A stretch of DNA of 64,000 bases from Klebsiella pneumoniae (GCA_945872365.1 CAMBZJ010000003.1:7301-71300), one strand, 5' to 3'; shown: positions 13,977 through 26,183, counted from the first letter of the stretch. Program-made: numbers and translations. Notes: generated by a model not told the origin, from the sequence alone.

Positions 13977-15359
13977 TCAGGGTGCGCAGCCGACCGCGTG
14001 GACGTTGCCGACGATCGTGCCGACGTAGAGCCGACCATCGTCGATGATCGGCGCCGCCCAGATCGGCGACTCGAAATCCCGCGTCCAGACCTCGTGGCCG
14101 TTCGCGCCCTCGAACGCGTAGAGCCGGTTCGAGATCGCCACGTAGACGTGGCCGGAAGCGTCGACGACCGGCGGCAGGTTGCGGAAGCGGCCGTTCACGA
14201 CAGCCTTCTTCCACTTGAGCCGGCCATCGATTCCGATCGCGTAGAACGTGCTGTTGCGGCCGCGCGTCGCACCGAAGTAGAGGGTGCCCGTCGCGGCGTC
14301 GAGCGCGGGCGGGGCGAACAGGGAACGGTTGTCCGGGCGGGTGTCGAAGAGCAGTTTCTGGGTCGCGACGGGCGCGCCGGAGGACGGGTCGTTCCCCTCG
14401 GTGATCTCCCAGATCCCGTCGTCGAAGCCAACGTAGATCCGGCCGTTGGACGAGTTGTAGACCGGCGTGTAGTTCGACCCGCGCATGTTGTTGCGCTGGC
14501 TGTCGAGTTGGAGGCGCCAACGATCCGCACCCGTCGATGCGTCGTAGGATGCGACGAAGGCACCGTTCATCGTGACGTAGACCCGGGACTCGTCGGCGTT
14601 GAGCGTCGGCGAGACGTTCTTCAGGCCGCCACCCATCAGCCCCTGCGAGGTCATGCCGCCGCCGAGCGGATTCCGGCACCACTTCACCTGCTCGGCGCTG
14701 CCCGGGCACATGGCGAAGAGCGAGCCGGCCCCGAGCGAGTCGGAACCCATGTAGACGACGCCGTCCTTGCGGATCGTCGGCTGCGTCGTCACGTCGCCGT
14801 CGCTGCAGACCTTCTTGCGCCAGTCCACGGCCGGCACGGCGCCGGAGGACTGCGGGATCTCGATCGCCCACAGGTCGTTGTCGCGTGTGCCGATGTAGAC
14901 GATGTCGTCCGCACTCACCGCGGGCGAGGAGTAGTCGGGCAGTTTTCCGGTGTCGGTCGTATCGCACCACAGGATCGTCCCGTCGACGGGGTCCATGGCG
15001 CAGACCGGATACTTGCCGGCCGCGACGAAGAGCGTGCCGAGTCCGGCGCCGTTGGCCGGGCCAGTGGCCATCTGGCTCAGGATCTTGCCGCTCAGCTTGC
15101 CGACCCAGAGATCCTCGCCGCAGGCGGGGCCCTGGAGGGAACTCTTGCCGGTGTGCTGGGCGTCGCGCTGGAACATCGGCCAACTGCTGTCGGCGGGTCC
15201 CGCGCCGGTAAGCGTCGGACAATTCGGGTTGGCGCCGTAGCAGAGATCCTCGTTGAGCAGGCCGGCGCAGCGCTCGGCGGCCGATGCGGCCTCGATGGAC
15301 CCGAGCGCCAGGTACAGGGCGGCGAGCGAAACGAAGAGCGATTTAAGGGACTTCGACAC
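13977..15359 (-). CDS. Secreted PQQ/BamB-like beta-propeller repeat protein
   Basis: Signal peptide, WPMFQRDAQHTG, repeated SSP...DD/G.VY.G...LWA...W blades; AGGAG RBS. Confidence 0.8.
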   Translation of the reverse strand: MSKSLKSLFVSLAALYLALGSIEAASAAERCAGLLNEDLCYGANPNCPTLTGAGPADSSWPMFQRDAQHTGKSSLQGPACGEDLWVGKLSGKILSQMATGPANGAGLGTLFVAAGKYPVCAMDPVDGTILWCDTTDTGKLPDYSSPAVSADDIVYIGTRDNDLWAIEIPQSSGAVPAVDWRKKVCSDGDVTTQPTIRKDGVVYMGSDSLGAGSLFAMCPGSAEQVKWCRNPLGGGMTSQGLMGGGLKNVSPTLNADESRVYVTMNGAFVASYDASTGADRWRLQLDSQRNNMRGSNYTPVYNSSNGRIYVGFDDGIWEITEGNDPSSGAPVATQKLLFDTRPDNRSLFAPPALDAATGTLYFGATRGRNSTFYAIGIDGRLKWKKAVVNGRFRNLPPVVDASGHVYVAISNRLYAFEGANGHEVWTRDFESPIWAAPIIDDGRLYVGTIVGNVHAVGCAP

Positions 15360-15540
15360 CGTACTCTCCTCGTGACGGCGGGATCGCCGAGCCCCTACAC
15401 TCGCTGCCGGGACGGCGCCGGTCAAGCCGAAAACGCAGCCGAATCGGCCGTCCGACCGGGCCCCGGTCGGTCCTCCCCGGGGGCCACGAGCGGCCCCGTC
15501 CGCCACCGCCCCTCGGCGCCCGGAGCGGACGCCGCCGAGC

Positions 15541-17049
<1,509 letters not shown>

Positions 17050-17055
17050 CGGGGC

Positions 17056-18582
17056 CTAGCGGATCACCGCGCCCGGCGCGGCGGCGGCGACGGCACCCGC
17101 CGCCTTGCCGGCGGCGAGGACGGTGCTGTTCAGGTGCTGCAGCGACGTGTCGATCAGGTCGAGGATCGCATGCGGGTAGACCCCGAGGACCACCACGATG
17201 ATCCCGAGCGGGACGAGCATGGCGATCTCGCGCGGGTTGATGTCGGGCAGGTTCAGGTACTTCTCGTTGGGCTTGCCGAGCCAGACGCGCTGCATCGCCC
17301 AGAGCATGTAGCCAGCCGTGAGCACGACCGCGCTCGCGGCGACCGAGGTCAGCAACGGGTAGTTGCGCCAGCCGCCGAGCAGGACCAGCACCTCGGAGAT
17401 GAAAGCCGAAAGCCCGGGCAGCCCCATGGCGGCGAAGAACGCCAGCGCGACCCACCCGGTGTAGATCGGCATGATCGAGGCGAGACCGCCGAAGCCGTCG
17501 ATGTCGCGGTGGTGCGCCCGGTCGTAGATCACGCCGACCAGGAGGAAGAGCATCGCCGTCACCGTGCCGTGGTTGAACATCTGCAGGACCGCGCCATCGA
17601 TGCCCTCGGCGGTGAGCGACGCCATGCCGAACATCACGTAGCCCATGTGACTGATCGAAGAGTAGGCGATGAGCTTCTTCAGGTCCTTCTGCGCCATCGC
17701 GCAGAGCGCCCCGTAGACGATGTTCCAGGCGCCGAGGGCCGCGAGCAGCCAGAAGGCGTACCTGAGCGTGCCCTGCGGCAGGATCGGGAAGTTGATGCGC
17801 AGGATGCCGTAGGTGCCCATCTTGAGGAGAACGCCGGCCAGGATGACGGAGATCGCCGTGGGCGCCTCGACGTGCGCGTCGGGCAGCCAGGTGTGGAACG
17901 GGAAGGCCGGGATCTTGATCGCGAAGCCGATGAAGAGCGCGAGCCACGCCACGTACTGGAAGGTCGTCGAGTAGGTGGACTGGTTCTCGGCCAGCTTCAG
18001 CAGGTCGAAGGTGTGTGGCTCGTTGTAGAAGTAGAGCGCCAGCATCACGATGAGCATCAGGACGCTGCCGACCATCGTGTAGAGGAAGAACTTGATCGCC
18101 GCGTACTCCCGACGCGGGCCTCCCCAGATGCCGATCAGGAAGTACATCGGCAGGAGCATGACCTCCCAGAAGACGAAGAACAGGAAGAAGTCGAGCGCAC
18201 AGAACACGCCCATCATCGCGGCGACGAGCACCAGGAAGAGCGCGAAGTAGGCCTTCGGCGCCTTGTCGACCTCCCAGGAGGCGACGATGCAGATCGTCGA
18301 GATGAGCGCCGTCAGCAGGACCATCGTGATCGAAAGCCCGTCGATGCCGACGAAGTACTCGATGTTGAACGATGGGATCCACGGGATCTTCGTCACGAAC
18401 TGCATCTTCGCCGTGGTGCGGTCGAAGTTCATGTAGAGCCACCACGCGAGCAGCAGCGGCGGAATCGTGAAGCCGAGCGCCACCCACCTGATCAGCCCGT
18501 GCTGATCGCGCGGCAGGCAGAGCACGACCGCCGCACCGAGGAGCGGCAGGAAGATCATCCACGTCAGCGGATTCGTCGGCAT
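17056..18582 (-). CDS. nuoM: NADH-quinone oxidoreductase subunit M
   Basis: FWEVMLLPMY, FPFHTWLPDAHVEAP, LKMGTYG and IAYSSISHMG motifs. Confidence 0.96.
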   Translation of the reverse strand: MPTNPLTWMIFLPLLGAAVVLCLPRDQHGLIRWVALGFTIPPLLLAWWLYMNFDRTTAKMQFVTKIPWIPSFNIEYFVGIDGLSITMVLLTALISTICIVASWEVDKAPKAYFALFLVLVAAMMGVFCALDFFLFFVFWEVMLLPMYFLIGIWGGPRREYAAIKFFLYTMVGSVLMLIVMLALYFYNEPHTFDLLKLAENQSTYSTTFQYVAWLALFIGFAIKIPAFPFHTWLPDAHVEAPTAISVILAGVLLKMGTYGILRINFPILPQGTLRYAFWLLAALGAWNIVYGALCAMAQKDLKKLIAYSSISHMGYVMFGMASLTAEGIDGAVLQMFNHGTVTAMLFLLVGVIYDRAHHRDIDGFGGLASIMPIYTGWVALAFFAAMGLPGLSAFISEVLVLLGGWRNYPLLTSVAASAVVLTAGYMLWAMQRVWLGKPNEKYLNLPDINPREIAMLVPLGIIVVVLGVYPHAILDLIDTSLQHLNSTVLAAGKAAGAVAAAAPGAVIR

Positions 18583-18593
18583 GGTGTCTCCGG

Positions 18594-20804
18594 TCAGAGG
18601 AGCCGGGCGAACATGACGACGACGACGCCGATCACGATCGCGTAAAGGTACGAGTAGATGTGCCCGGTCTGCAGCTCCCGCGCCCGATTGCCGAGCGCAA
18701 GGCTGGTCGACCCGACCAGGTTGACGAGGCCGTCGACCACGACCCGGTCGAAGGCGCCCTCGAAGACGGAAATCTGTCGGACGAGCCATCCCGCCCCGTT
18801 CACGAGGCCGTCGACCACGACCCGGTCGAAGGTCGAGAGCAGACGCGAGAGCGCCAGCGTGCCGCGCACGACCGTCGCATCGTACAGTTCGTCGACCCAG
18901 TACTTGTTGTAGACGGCGCGGTAGGGACCGCCGCCCCAGGCCTCGCTGAAGGTCGACGGGTCGATCGACTTGCGCCGGTACATGAGCCAGGCGAGCAGGA
19001 TCCCGCCGAGGGCGACCGACACCGAGACGCCCATCAGGATGTACTCCCAGGGGTCGTGCTCGACGCCGTGCTCGAAGTTCTCGGCGTCGTGCGCCAGCGC
19101 CTCGGCGCCGCGCTCGAGGTCCTTCTCGCCGCGTTCGAGCGCAGCCTCGACGCCGTGGCCCGCGGCCGCACCCGGGCCCGCAGCCGCGCCATGCTCGACC
19201 TGGGCCTTCACGATCACCGGGGCGAGCCACTGGTCGAACAAGTGGTGTCCGCCGAGGGCGCCGGGCACGTTCAGGAAGCCGACGAGCACCGAGCCGAGTG
19301 CCAGCAGGACGAGTGGTATCGTCATGAGCGACGGGGACTCGTGCGGATCGCCGTGGTGGCCGTGGCCGGCGTCGTGCGCATGGGCCGCGTCGTGGCCGTG
19401 CGCCGCGTGACCGCCGCGGTAGTCGCCGTAGAACACGAGGAACACCTGCCGGAACATGTAGAAGGCGGTGAACCCGGCCGTGAGCGTGCCGATCGCCCAG
19501 AGAACCGGCGAGCCGAGCGGACTCGAGAAAGCCTTCCAGAGGATCTCGTCCTTCGAGAAGAAGCCGGCGAACGGCGGGATCCCGCAGAGCGCGAGCGTCG
19601 CGAGGAGGAAGGTCCAGAAGGTGATCGGCATGTACTTCTTCAGGCCGCCCATGTTGCGCATGTCCTGCTCGTGGTGGAGCGCGTGGATCACGCTGCCGGA
19701 GCCGAGGAACAGGCAGGCCTTGAAGAAGGCGTGGGTGAACAGGTGGAATACGCCGGTCGTGTAGGCGCCGACGCCCATCGCGAGGAACATGAAGCCGAGC
19801 TGGGAGACCGTCGAGTAGGCGAGGACCTTCTTAATGTCCCACTGCGCGACGCCGATGGTCGCCGCAAAGAACGCCGTCAGCGTCCCGACGGCCGCCACCA
19901 CGTGGAGCGTGGTCGGTGCCATGTCGAAGAGGAAGTTCAGGCGACAGATCATGTAGACGCCAGCGGTCACCATGGTCGCGGCGTGGATGAGCGCCGAGAC
20001 CGGCGTCGGACCGGCCATCGCGTCGGGCAGCCACACGTAGAGGGGGATCTGCGCCGACTTGCCGGTCGCACCGACGAACATCATGAGGGTGATGAACGTC
20101 GCAGCCGCCATGCCGGCGATCGTCTGGCCGTTGAGCAGGTGGACACGCTCGGCGAGTTCACGGAACACGAGCGTGCCCTGCCCGGTCTCGTCGAGCGCCC
20201 AGAAGAGCCCGAACATGCCGAGCACGAAGCCGAAGTCGCCCACGCGGTTGACGATGAACGCCTTCGATCCGGCCGAGGCGTTGGCCCACTCCTTGTGCCA
20301 GAAGCCGATCAGCGCGTAGGAGCAGAGCCCGACGCCCTCCCAGCCGACGAAGAGCGTGAGCAGGCTGTCGCCGAGGACGAGCGTGAGCATCGCCGCCGTG
20401 AAGAGGTTCAGGTAGGTGAAGTAGCGCCAGTAACTCGGCTCCTCGGACATGTAGCCGACCGAGTAGAGGTGGATCAGCCCGCCGATGCCGGTGATGACGA
20501 GGGTCATCATCGAGGAGAGGGGGTCGGACCAGAAGGCCATGTCGACCTTCAGGTGGCCGATGTGGATCCACTTCGACACCTGGTCGAGCAGGAAGCGGTG
20601 TTCCGGCTCGAGCCCGAGCAGTTGGCGAAAGGCGGTCAGCGCGAGGACGAAGGAGATCGCGATCGGAACGAGCGCGACCGCGGTCACCGCATGCTTGCCG
20701 AACCGCTTCTGGAGCCACGCGCCCGCCAGGCCGTTGATCGCCGCTCCGCAGAGCGGAGCGATCACGATCCAGCGCAGGTAGTCGACCAAGACCGGGTTCG
20801 TCAC
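18594..20804 (-). CDS. nuoL: NADH-quinone oxidoreductase subunit L
   Basis: FVGWEGVGLCSY, GKSAQIPLYVWLPDAMAGPTPVSALIHAATMV and THAFFKACLFL motifs. Confidence 0.96.
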   Translation of the reverse strand: MTNPVLVDYLRWIVIAPLCGAAINGLAGAWLQKRFGKHAVTAVALVPIAISFVLALTAFRQLLGLEPEHRFLLDQVSKWIHIGHLKVDMAFWSDPLSSMMTLVITGIGGLIHLYSVGYMSEEPSYWRYFTYLNLFTAAMLTLVLGDSLLTLFVGWEGVGLCSYALIGFWHKEWANASAGSKAFIVNRVGDFGFVLGMFGLFWALDETGQGTLVFRELAERVHLLNGQTIAGMAAATFITLMMFVGATGKSAQIPLYVWLPDAMAGPTPVSALIHAATMVTAGVYMICRLNFLFDMAPTTLHVVAAVGTLTAFFAATIGVAQWDIKKVLAYSTVSQLGFMFLAMGVGAYTTGVFHLFTHAFFKACLFLGSGSVIHALHHEQDMRNMGGLKKYMPITFWTFLLATLALCGIPPFAGFFSKDEILWKAFSSPLGSPVLWAIGTLTAGFTAFYMFRQVFLVFYGDYRGGHAAHGHDAAHAHDAGHGHHGDPHESPSLMTIPLVLLALGSVLVGFLNVPGALGGHHLFDQWLAPVIVKAQVEHGAAAGPGAAAGHGVEAALERGEKDLERGAEALAHDAENFEHGVEHDPWEYILMGVSVSVALGGILLAWLMYRRKSIDPSTFSEAWGGGPYRAVYNKYWVDELYDATVVRGTLALSRLLSTFDRVVVDGLVNGAGWLVRQISVFEGAFDRVVVDGLVNLVGSTSLALGNRARELQTGHIYSYLYAIVIGVVVVMFARLL
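18724..18832. repeat. 31-bp exact direct repeat in the nuoL 3' end (FDRVVVDGLV twice)
   Basis: acgaggccgtcgaccacgacccggtcgaagg at 18724-18754 and 18802-18832, 78-bp offset. Confidence 0.9.
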
Positions 20805-20839
20805 TTCGGAAGCCTCTTTCCGCCCCTCGAGAGGGGTCG

Positions 20840-21148
20840 TCAGCCGCGCAGGGAGTCGACCTCTTCGACGTCGATGGTCTTGAACTTGCGATAGATCCCG
20901 AGCACGATCGCGAGACCGATGGCGGCCTCGGCGGCCGCCAGCATGATCACGAAGATCGAGAAGATCTGGCCCTCGTACCCTCCGCTGCCGAAGCGCGAGA
21001 AGGCGATGTAGTTGATGTTCGCCGAGTTGAGCACCAGTTCGACCCCCATCAGCACGCCGATCGCGTTGCGACGCGTCAGTACCGTGAAGAGCCCCGCGAG
21101 AAAGACGAGGAGCCCGACGAGGAGGTAGTGGTTGAGACCGATCTCCAT
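20840..21148 (-). CDS. nuoK: NADH-quinone oxidoreductase subunit K
   Basis: RRNAIGVLMGVELVLNSAN and AAAEAAIGLAI motifs. Confidence 0.96.
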   Translation of the reverse strand: MEIGLNHYLLVGLLVFLAGLFTVLTRRNAIGVLMGVELVLNSANINYIAFSRFGSGGYEGQIFSIFVIMLAAAEAAIGLAIVLGIYRKFKTIDVEEVDSLRG

Positions 21149-21180
21149 GTTCTGCCCGAAGCGCGAGGCGGCCGGGGCCG

Positions 21181-21690
21181 TCAGTCGCGCAGCTCCTTGC
21201 GCGAGAGGACGATCGCACCGACGAGCGCCGTGAGGAGGACGATCGACGCGAGCTCGAACGGCAAGAGGTACGGACCGAGGAAGCTGTCGCCGATCCCGTA
21301 GGTCGTGCCCTCGCCCGCCGCCCTCGCCGCCGTGCCCTCGCCGAGCTTCCACGGTGCACGCAGAAGAGCTGTCGCCATCCCGACGCCGACGAAACCGACC
21401 AGGCCGAGCGCCGGCCAGCGCCCCACGGCCCGGTTCGAGACCTCGACCTCCGAGATCTGGTGGGTCAGCATGATCGCGAAGAGGGTGAGGACAAGGATGC
21501 CGCCGACGTAGACCAGGAGCTGGACGGCGGCGACGAAGTCGGCAAGCAGGAAGACGTAGAGCCCGGCCGCGCCGAGCAGCGTCGCCATCAGGGCAAACGC
21601 CGAGTAGACCACGTTCTCGGAGAATGCCACGCCGAAGGCTCCCGCGACCGTGAACAAGGCCACGCCGTAGAAGAGGGCCGCGTAGATCAC
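21181..21690 (-). CDS. nuoJ: NADH-quinone oxidoreductase subunit J
   Basis: AAVQLLVYVGGILVL and YLLPFELASIVLL motifs. Confidence 0.95.
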   Translation of the reverse strand: MIYAALFYGVALFTVAGAFGVAFSENVVYSAFALMATLLGAAGLYVFLLADFVAAVQLLVYVGGILVLTLFAIMLTHQISEVEVSNRAVGRWPALGLVGFVGVGMATALLRAPWKLGEGTAARAAGEGTTYGIGDSFLGPYLLPFELASIVLLTALVGAIVLSRKELRD

Positions 21691-21751
21691 CGGCGCCTTC
21701 TCCCCGCGGGAGACCCGGCCCGGCCGACCGTTCGCCTGGGTTCGGTCCCGC

Positions 21752-22285
21752 TCATGACGCGTCGCCGGGGCTAGCAAACTCGTCGAGGTACCTCAATCCG
21801 CGCGCGAGAAGTGGCGCGATCTCGGGGTTGGTCTCCGGCCCCTTGATCGGCTTGTAGGCGACGACCGGCGCCTTCACGAATCGGCGGATCAGGCTCTCGA
21901 GCGAGTAGTCGGCGCCCTCGAACTCCGGGGTGTGGTGAATCGACCCGGTCGGACACGGCTCGGAGCACAGCCCGCAGAACATGCACTTGGCGAGGTCGAT
22001 GTCGAAGCGCTTGAGCACCATCTCGCGGGTGTTCTTGTCCTTCTCCGCGTCGATCACGATGCAGTCGATCGGGCAGGCGCGCTCGCAGGCGAGGCAGCCG
22101 GTGCAGATCTCGAGGTCCACATCGAGGAGTCCGCGGTAGCGGAACGGGAGCGTGTCCTGGACGCGGACGTCTATGCGGTCCGGATACTGGATCGTGTACG
22201 GCTTGCGCACCATGTGGGAGGCGGTGATCGCCATGCCCTCGAAGATGGTGCGCACCGATTCCCGTATGTTGTCGAAATAACCCAT
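21752..22285 (-). CDS. nuoI: NADH-quinone oxidoreductase subunit I (2x[4Fe-4S])
   Basis: CTGCLACERACP and CMFCGLCSEPCP; TIQYP motif. Confidence 0.93.
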   Translation of the reverse strand: MGYFDNIRESVRTIFEGMAITASHMVRKPYTIQYPDRIDVRVQDTLPFRYRGLLDVDLEICTGCLACERACPIDCIVIDAEKDKNTREMVLKRFDIDLAKCMFCGLCSEPCPTGSIHHTPEFEGADYSLESLIRRFVKAPVVAYKPIKGPETNPEIAPLLARGLRYLDEFASPGDAS

Positions 22286-22292
22286 CGGAGCC

Positions 22293-23477
22293 TCAGACGA
22301 TCGGGCTGAAGTGCAGTTCGGGCTTCGCGCGGCGCAGGTGGAAGAGCACGCGGTTCAGGAAGTGAACCAGCAAGCCGAGTCCGAAGGCGAACATGCCGAG
22401 CCGGACGAAAATGCTGCCGTGCGGCAGGATCGCGAAGTAGAGTGCCGCGCAGATCATGTTCGCGAAGGCGATCGGCACCAGGTACTTCCAGCAGAGCGTC
22501 ATCAGTTGGTCCACGCGCACCCGGGGCAGCGTCGCGCGGATCCACATCGCGACGAAGACCATGAAGTAGGCCTTGAGGAAGAAGGTCAGGAACTGCACGA
22601 GGCCGAGCACGAAGCCGTTTTCGGTGAAGTGTGGCACCTGCCAGCCGCCCAGAAAGAGCGACGTGCAGATCGCGCCGATCAGGTAGAGGTTGCCCCACTC
22701 GACGAGAAAGAAGAGCAGACTGCGCAGGCCGCTGTACTCGGTGAAGGCGCCGGCGACCAGTTCGGATTCAGCCTCGGGAAGGTCGAATGGCGTGCGGTTT
22801 CCCTCGGCGAGCGCCGAGATGAAGAACAGAAAGAAGGCAACGAAGGTAAACGGGTTGTCGAAAAGGAACCAGTTCCACGGCGCCCAGCCCTGTTCCCGGA
22901 TGATCCCCTGCATGCTGAGCGTCCCGGTGAAAAGGACGATCGTCAGGATCGCGAGCGCCGCCGGGATCTCGTAGCTGATGATCTGGGCCGCCGAGCGGAT
23001 GCCGCCGAGCAGCGCCCACTTGTTGTTCGAGGACCAGCCCGCCATCAGGATGCCGACGACCACCAGCGCGGTCACCGCCGAGACGTAAAGGACGCCGATG
23101 TTGATGTCGGCGACGATCATGTTCTCCGTAAAGGGAACGACGGCGAACGCCCCGAAGAAACCCATCATCGCGAGGTAGGGCGCACCCTTGAAGAGCGGCG
23201 CATCGGCCGCGAGCGGCACGATGTCCTCCTTCATGATGTTCTTGATCCCGTCGGCGAGCCACTGGAGCGCCCCCTGCGGGCCGACGCGATTGGGGCCCAC
23301 GCGGCTCTGGATGCGGGCCCAGACGCGGCGTTCGAGCCAGCTCGTCACACCGGCCACCGTCATGATGAAGCTCAGCATCAGGAAGGCGAAGAAGGCGACG
23401 ACGAGGACGTAACCGAGTTCGCGCGGCAGCCCACGCAGGAAGCCGTGATCGATCAGTCGGTCGGCAAGCTGTTGCAT
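22293..23477 (-). CDS. nuoH: NADH-quinone oxidoreductase subunit H
   Basis: LERRVWARIQSRVGPNRVG, AEGNRTPFDLPEAESELVAG and TLPRVRVDQ motifs. Confidence 0.96.
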   Translation of the reverse strand: MQQLADRLIDHGFLRGLPRELGYVLVVAFFAFLMLSFIMTVAGVTSWLERRVWARIQSRVGPNRVGPQGALQWLADGIKNIMKEDIVPLAADAPLFKGAPYLAMMGFFGAFAVVPFTENMIVADINIGVLYVSAVTALVVVGILMAGWSSNNKWALLGGIRSAAQIISYEIPAALAILTIVLFTGTLSMQGIIREQGWAPWNWFLFDNPFTFVAFFLFFISALAEGNRTPFDLPEAESELVAGAFTEYSGLRSLLFFLVEWGNLYLIGAICTSLFLGGWQVPHFTENGFVLGLVQFLTFFLKAYFMVFVAMWIRATLPRVRVDQLMTLCWKYLVPIAFANMICAALYFAILPHGSIFVRLGMFAFGLGLLVHFLNRVLFHLRRAKPELHFSPIV

Positions 23478-23503
23478 TGGTCGGCTCCGGCTCCCCGGGC
23501 GCC

Positions 23504-24661
23504 CTAGCGGTCCACTTCGGGGGCGACGATGTCGAGCGACGCGATCACCGCGACCAGGTCTGCGATCATGAGGCCCTGGCTCAGTTCCTCGATCGCAGCC
23601 ATCGCCGCGAACGAACCGGTGCGGATGTGGACGCGCGCCGGGAAGGCGGTGCCGTCGCTCACGACGAACCAGCCCATGTCGCCACGCGAGCCCTCGACGC
23701 GCGTATAGACGGCGCCCGCCGCCGGCTTGAAGGTGCGCGGGACCTTCGCCACCACGGGACCCGGAGGGATTCCCTCGATGGCTTGGCGCAGGATCCGGCA
23801 GCACTCCTTCATCTCGCGCATGCGGACCATGTAGCGGTCGTAGCAGTCGCCGAGTGTGCCCCGTTCCCCGGTGCCGAACGGGATATCGAACTCGAAGTCC
23901 GGGTAGGCCGAGTAGGGCACGTCGCGACGCACGTCGTAGGGCAAGCCCGAGCCGCGCAGATTCGGTCCGACGAGGTTCCAGGCGATCGCCCTCTCCCGGG
24001 AGACCGGCGCCACGTTCGCCAGGCGCTCGACGTAGATCTTGTTGAACGAGATCAGTTCGTTGTACTCGTCGATCAACGGCTCGAAGCGGTCGAGGTAGGC
24101 GATTGCCCGCCTCGCGAAGCCCGGGGGGAGATCCCAGGCACAGCCGCCGATGCGCATGTAGTTGAACGTCAGGCGGGCGCCGCAGAGTTCCTCGAGGATG
24201 TCGTTGATGTACTCGCGCTCGCGGATCGCGTGCGTGAACGGCGTGATCGCCCCGATGTCCATGCTGGTCGCACCGACCGAAATCAGGTGGCTGGCGATGC
24301 GCCCGAACTCGCAGGCGATCACGCGGCAGTACTCGCCGCGACGCGGAACCTCGATGCCGGCGAGTTTCTCGCAGGCCATCGCCCATCCCTGATTGCACTG
24401 CATCGCCGAGACGTAGTCGACGCGGTCGGTGTAGGGCATGAATCCGTGATAGCCGACCTTCTCCGCGATCTTTTCGATCGAACGGTGGAGGTAGCCGATG
24501 TCGGGGATTGCGCGGCGCATGACCTCGCCGTCGGCCTTCACCACGAAGCGCAGCACACCGTGCGTGGATGGGTGCTGCGGCCCCATGTTGAGGGTCATCT
24601 CCTCGGTCTCGAGTCCGCCCGGTCCCTCGCGGTGGAGATCGATGTCGATCGCGGTGCTCAT
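23504..24661 (-). CDS. nuoD: NADH-quinone oxidoreductase subunit D
   Basis: [28 protein letters not shown] and C-terminal EVDR; no NiFe CxxC motifs. Confidence 0.95.
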   Translation of the reverse strand: MSTAIDIDLHREGPGGLETEEMTLNMGPQHPSTHGVLRFVVKADGEVMRRAIPDIGYLHRSIEKIAEKVGYHGFMPYTDRVDYVSAMQCNQGWAMACEKLAGIEVPRRGEYCRVIACEFGRIASHLISVGATSMDIGAITPFTHAIREREYINDILEELCGARLTFNYMRIGGCAWDLPPGFARRAIAYLDRFEPLIDEYNELISFNKIYVERLANVAPVSRERAIAWNLVGPNLRGSGLPYDVRRDVPYSAYPDFEFDIPFGTGERGTLGDCYDRYMVRMREMKECCRILRQAIEGIPPGPVVAKVPRTFKPAAGAVYTRVEGSRGDMGWFVVSDGTAFPARVHIRTGSFAAMAAIEELSQGLMIADLVAVIASLDIVAPEVDR

Positions 24662-25155
24662 AGCTTCAGCAGGCTTTCACGACGGGTCGAGATCCCGTGG
24701 TACTCGTCGGGTTCGACGAAGTCCTTGCGCAGGGGGTGACCGACCCAGTCCTCCGGCATGAGCAGGCGGCGCAGGTCGGGGTGCTCGACGAAGCGCACGC
24801 CGAGGAGATCCCAGCACTCGCGCTCGAGCCAGTCGGCGATCGGCCAGAGATGCGAGACGGTCGGCAGGACCGGATCGGGACGCGGGGTCGTCGCGCGGAG
24901 CGCGATCTGGTGGCGCTTCCCGTAGGAGAAGAGGTGGTACCAGACCTCGATCAGGTCGTCGTTCTTGCGGTCGACCCCGGAGAGGTTCGACAGGCAGTCG
25001 AAGTCGAGCGAGGGGTCATCGCGAAGCAGGCGACCGATCCCGGCGAGGCTCGCGCCATCGACCGTCACGACAGGCCAGTCCCCCGCTCCGACGCCCTGCT
25101 CGATCGCGTTGCCGAACTTCTCGCGAAGCAGGCCGTGAATCCGTTCCGCCTCCAT
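24658..25155 (-). CDS. nuoC: NADH-quinone oxidoreductase subunit C
   Basis: [25 protein letters not shown]...GHPLRKDF motif. Confidence 0.95.
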   Translation of the reverse strand: MEAERIHGLLREKFGNAIEQGVGAGDWPVVTVDGASLAGIGRLLRDDPSLDFDCLSNLSGVDRKNDDLIEVWYHLFSYGKRHQIALRATTPRPDPVLPTVSHLWPIADWLERECWDLLGVRFVEHPDLRRLLMPEDWVGHPLRKDFVEPDEYHGISTRRESLLKL

Positions 25156-25157
25156 GA

Positions 25158-25655
25158 TCAGGCGACCGCGACATCCGGCTTGCGGACCAGCCAGCGCTCC
25201 TGCTGGATCTTGTCCTGCAACTTGAGGAGCCCCTCGGTGAGAGCCTCGGGCCGCGGCGGGCAGCCCGGCACGTACACGTCGATCGGGATCACCTTGTCGA
25301 CCCCGTCGCAGACCGAGTAGGCGAGTTGGAAAAGGCCGCCGCAGTTGGCGCAGCTGCCCATCGAGATCGCGTAGCGCGGCTCGGGCATCTGCTCGAAGAG
25401 CAACTTGGTGCGCAGCGCCATCTTCAGGGTGAGGGTGCCCGACACGATGATGAGGTCGGAGACCCGGGGCGTCGCGCGCGGGACCGCTCCGAAACGGTCG
25501 AGGTCGGACCGCGGACCGCCGGTCTGCATCATCTCGATCGCGCAGCAGGCGAGACCGAAGAGCATGTACCAGACCGAGGACTTGCGGGTCCAGTTGAGAA
25601 GGTCGTCGACCTTCGTCGTGAGCACCGTCTCCGGCACCGTGTTGATGAGCGACAT
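25158..25655 (-). CDS. nuoB: NADH-quinone oxidoreductase subunit B
   Basis: [15 protein letters not shown] and [12 protein letters not shown] motifs; alternative TTG start at 25661. Confidence 0.96.
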   Translation of the reverse strand: MSLINTVPETVLTTKVDDLLNWTRKSSVWYMLFGLACCAIEMMQTGGPRSDLDRFGAVPRATPRVSDLIIVSGTLTLKMALRTKLLFEQMPEPRYAISMGSCANCGGLFQLAYSVCDGVDKVIPIDVYVPGCPPRPEALTEGLLKLQDKIQQERWLVRKPDVAVA

Positions 25656-25680
25656 CTTCAATCCTCTCGTGCTGCCCGGC

Positions 25681-26070
25681 TCAGGCCGGGCGCACCCGCT
25701 TCAGCCACTCCAGATCGCGCTTCACCCAGACGTAGACCAGCCCGACGAACAGGATCCCGATGAAGAGCAGGAGTTCGGCCAGCACCTGGAGTCCCCGTCC
25801 CTCCAGCACGTACTTCCGGAAGGCGACGGCAACCGGGTAGACGAACGCCACCTCGACGTCGAAGACGACGAAGATCAGGGCGATCAGGTAGAACCGGATG
25901 TTGAAATTGATCCAGGCGCTCCCCGAGGGGGGCTCGCCGCACTCGTAGGTCGAGAGCTTGCGGCGCTCCGGGTTCGACGGCCGCAGGAGCCACCCCAATC
26001 CGAGCATGAGCCCGGCCGTGATGGCGCCCAGGAGGATGTAGACCAGGACGTTGGCGAACTCGAAATTCAC
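25681..26070 (-). CDS. nuoA: NADH-quinone oxidoreductase subunit A
   Basis: KLSTYECGE and [15 protein letters not shown] motifs. Confidence 0.96.
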   Translation of the reverse strand: MNFEFANVLVYILLGAITAGLMLGLGWLLRPSNPERRKLSTYECGEPPSGSAWINFNIRFYLIALIFVVFDVEVAFVYPVAVAFRKYVLEGRGLQVLAELLLFIGILFVGLVYVWVKRDLEWLKRVRPA

Positions 26071-26103
26071 GCGTTCCTCGGGGCGGTGGGTTGATCTCTT
26101 GGG

Positions 26104-26131
26104 GTGTTACCATCGGGGAGCGGGGAGTCAA
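26104..26131 (-). promoter_or_regulatory. Putative sigma70 promoter of the nuo operon
   Basis: Minus strand TTGACT-N16-TAACAC, with TG immediately upstream of the -10 (TGgTAACAC), 33 nt before nuoA. Confidence 0.45.
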
Positions 26132-26183
26132 CGAACGGCCGCGGAATCTCGTCGGCCCGAACCGGCCCGACTGCCATCGGAGG

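Noticed and set aside
23504..25655. Group 4 [NiFe]-hydrogenase interpretation of the nuoEFG-less cluster
   Set aside because: NuoD lacks both CxxC nickel ligands and NuoB has the complex-I tandem CC motif.
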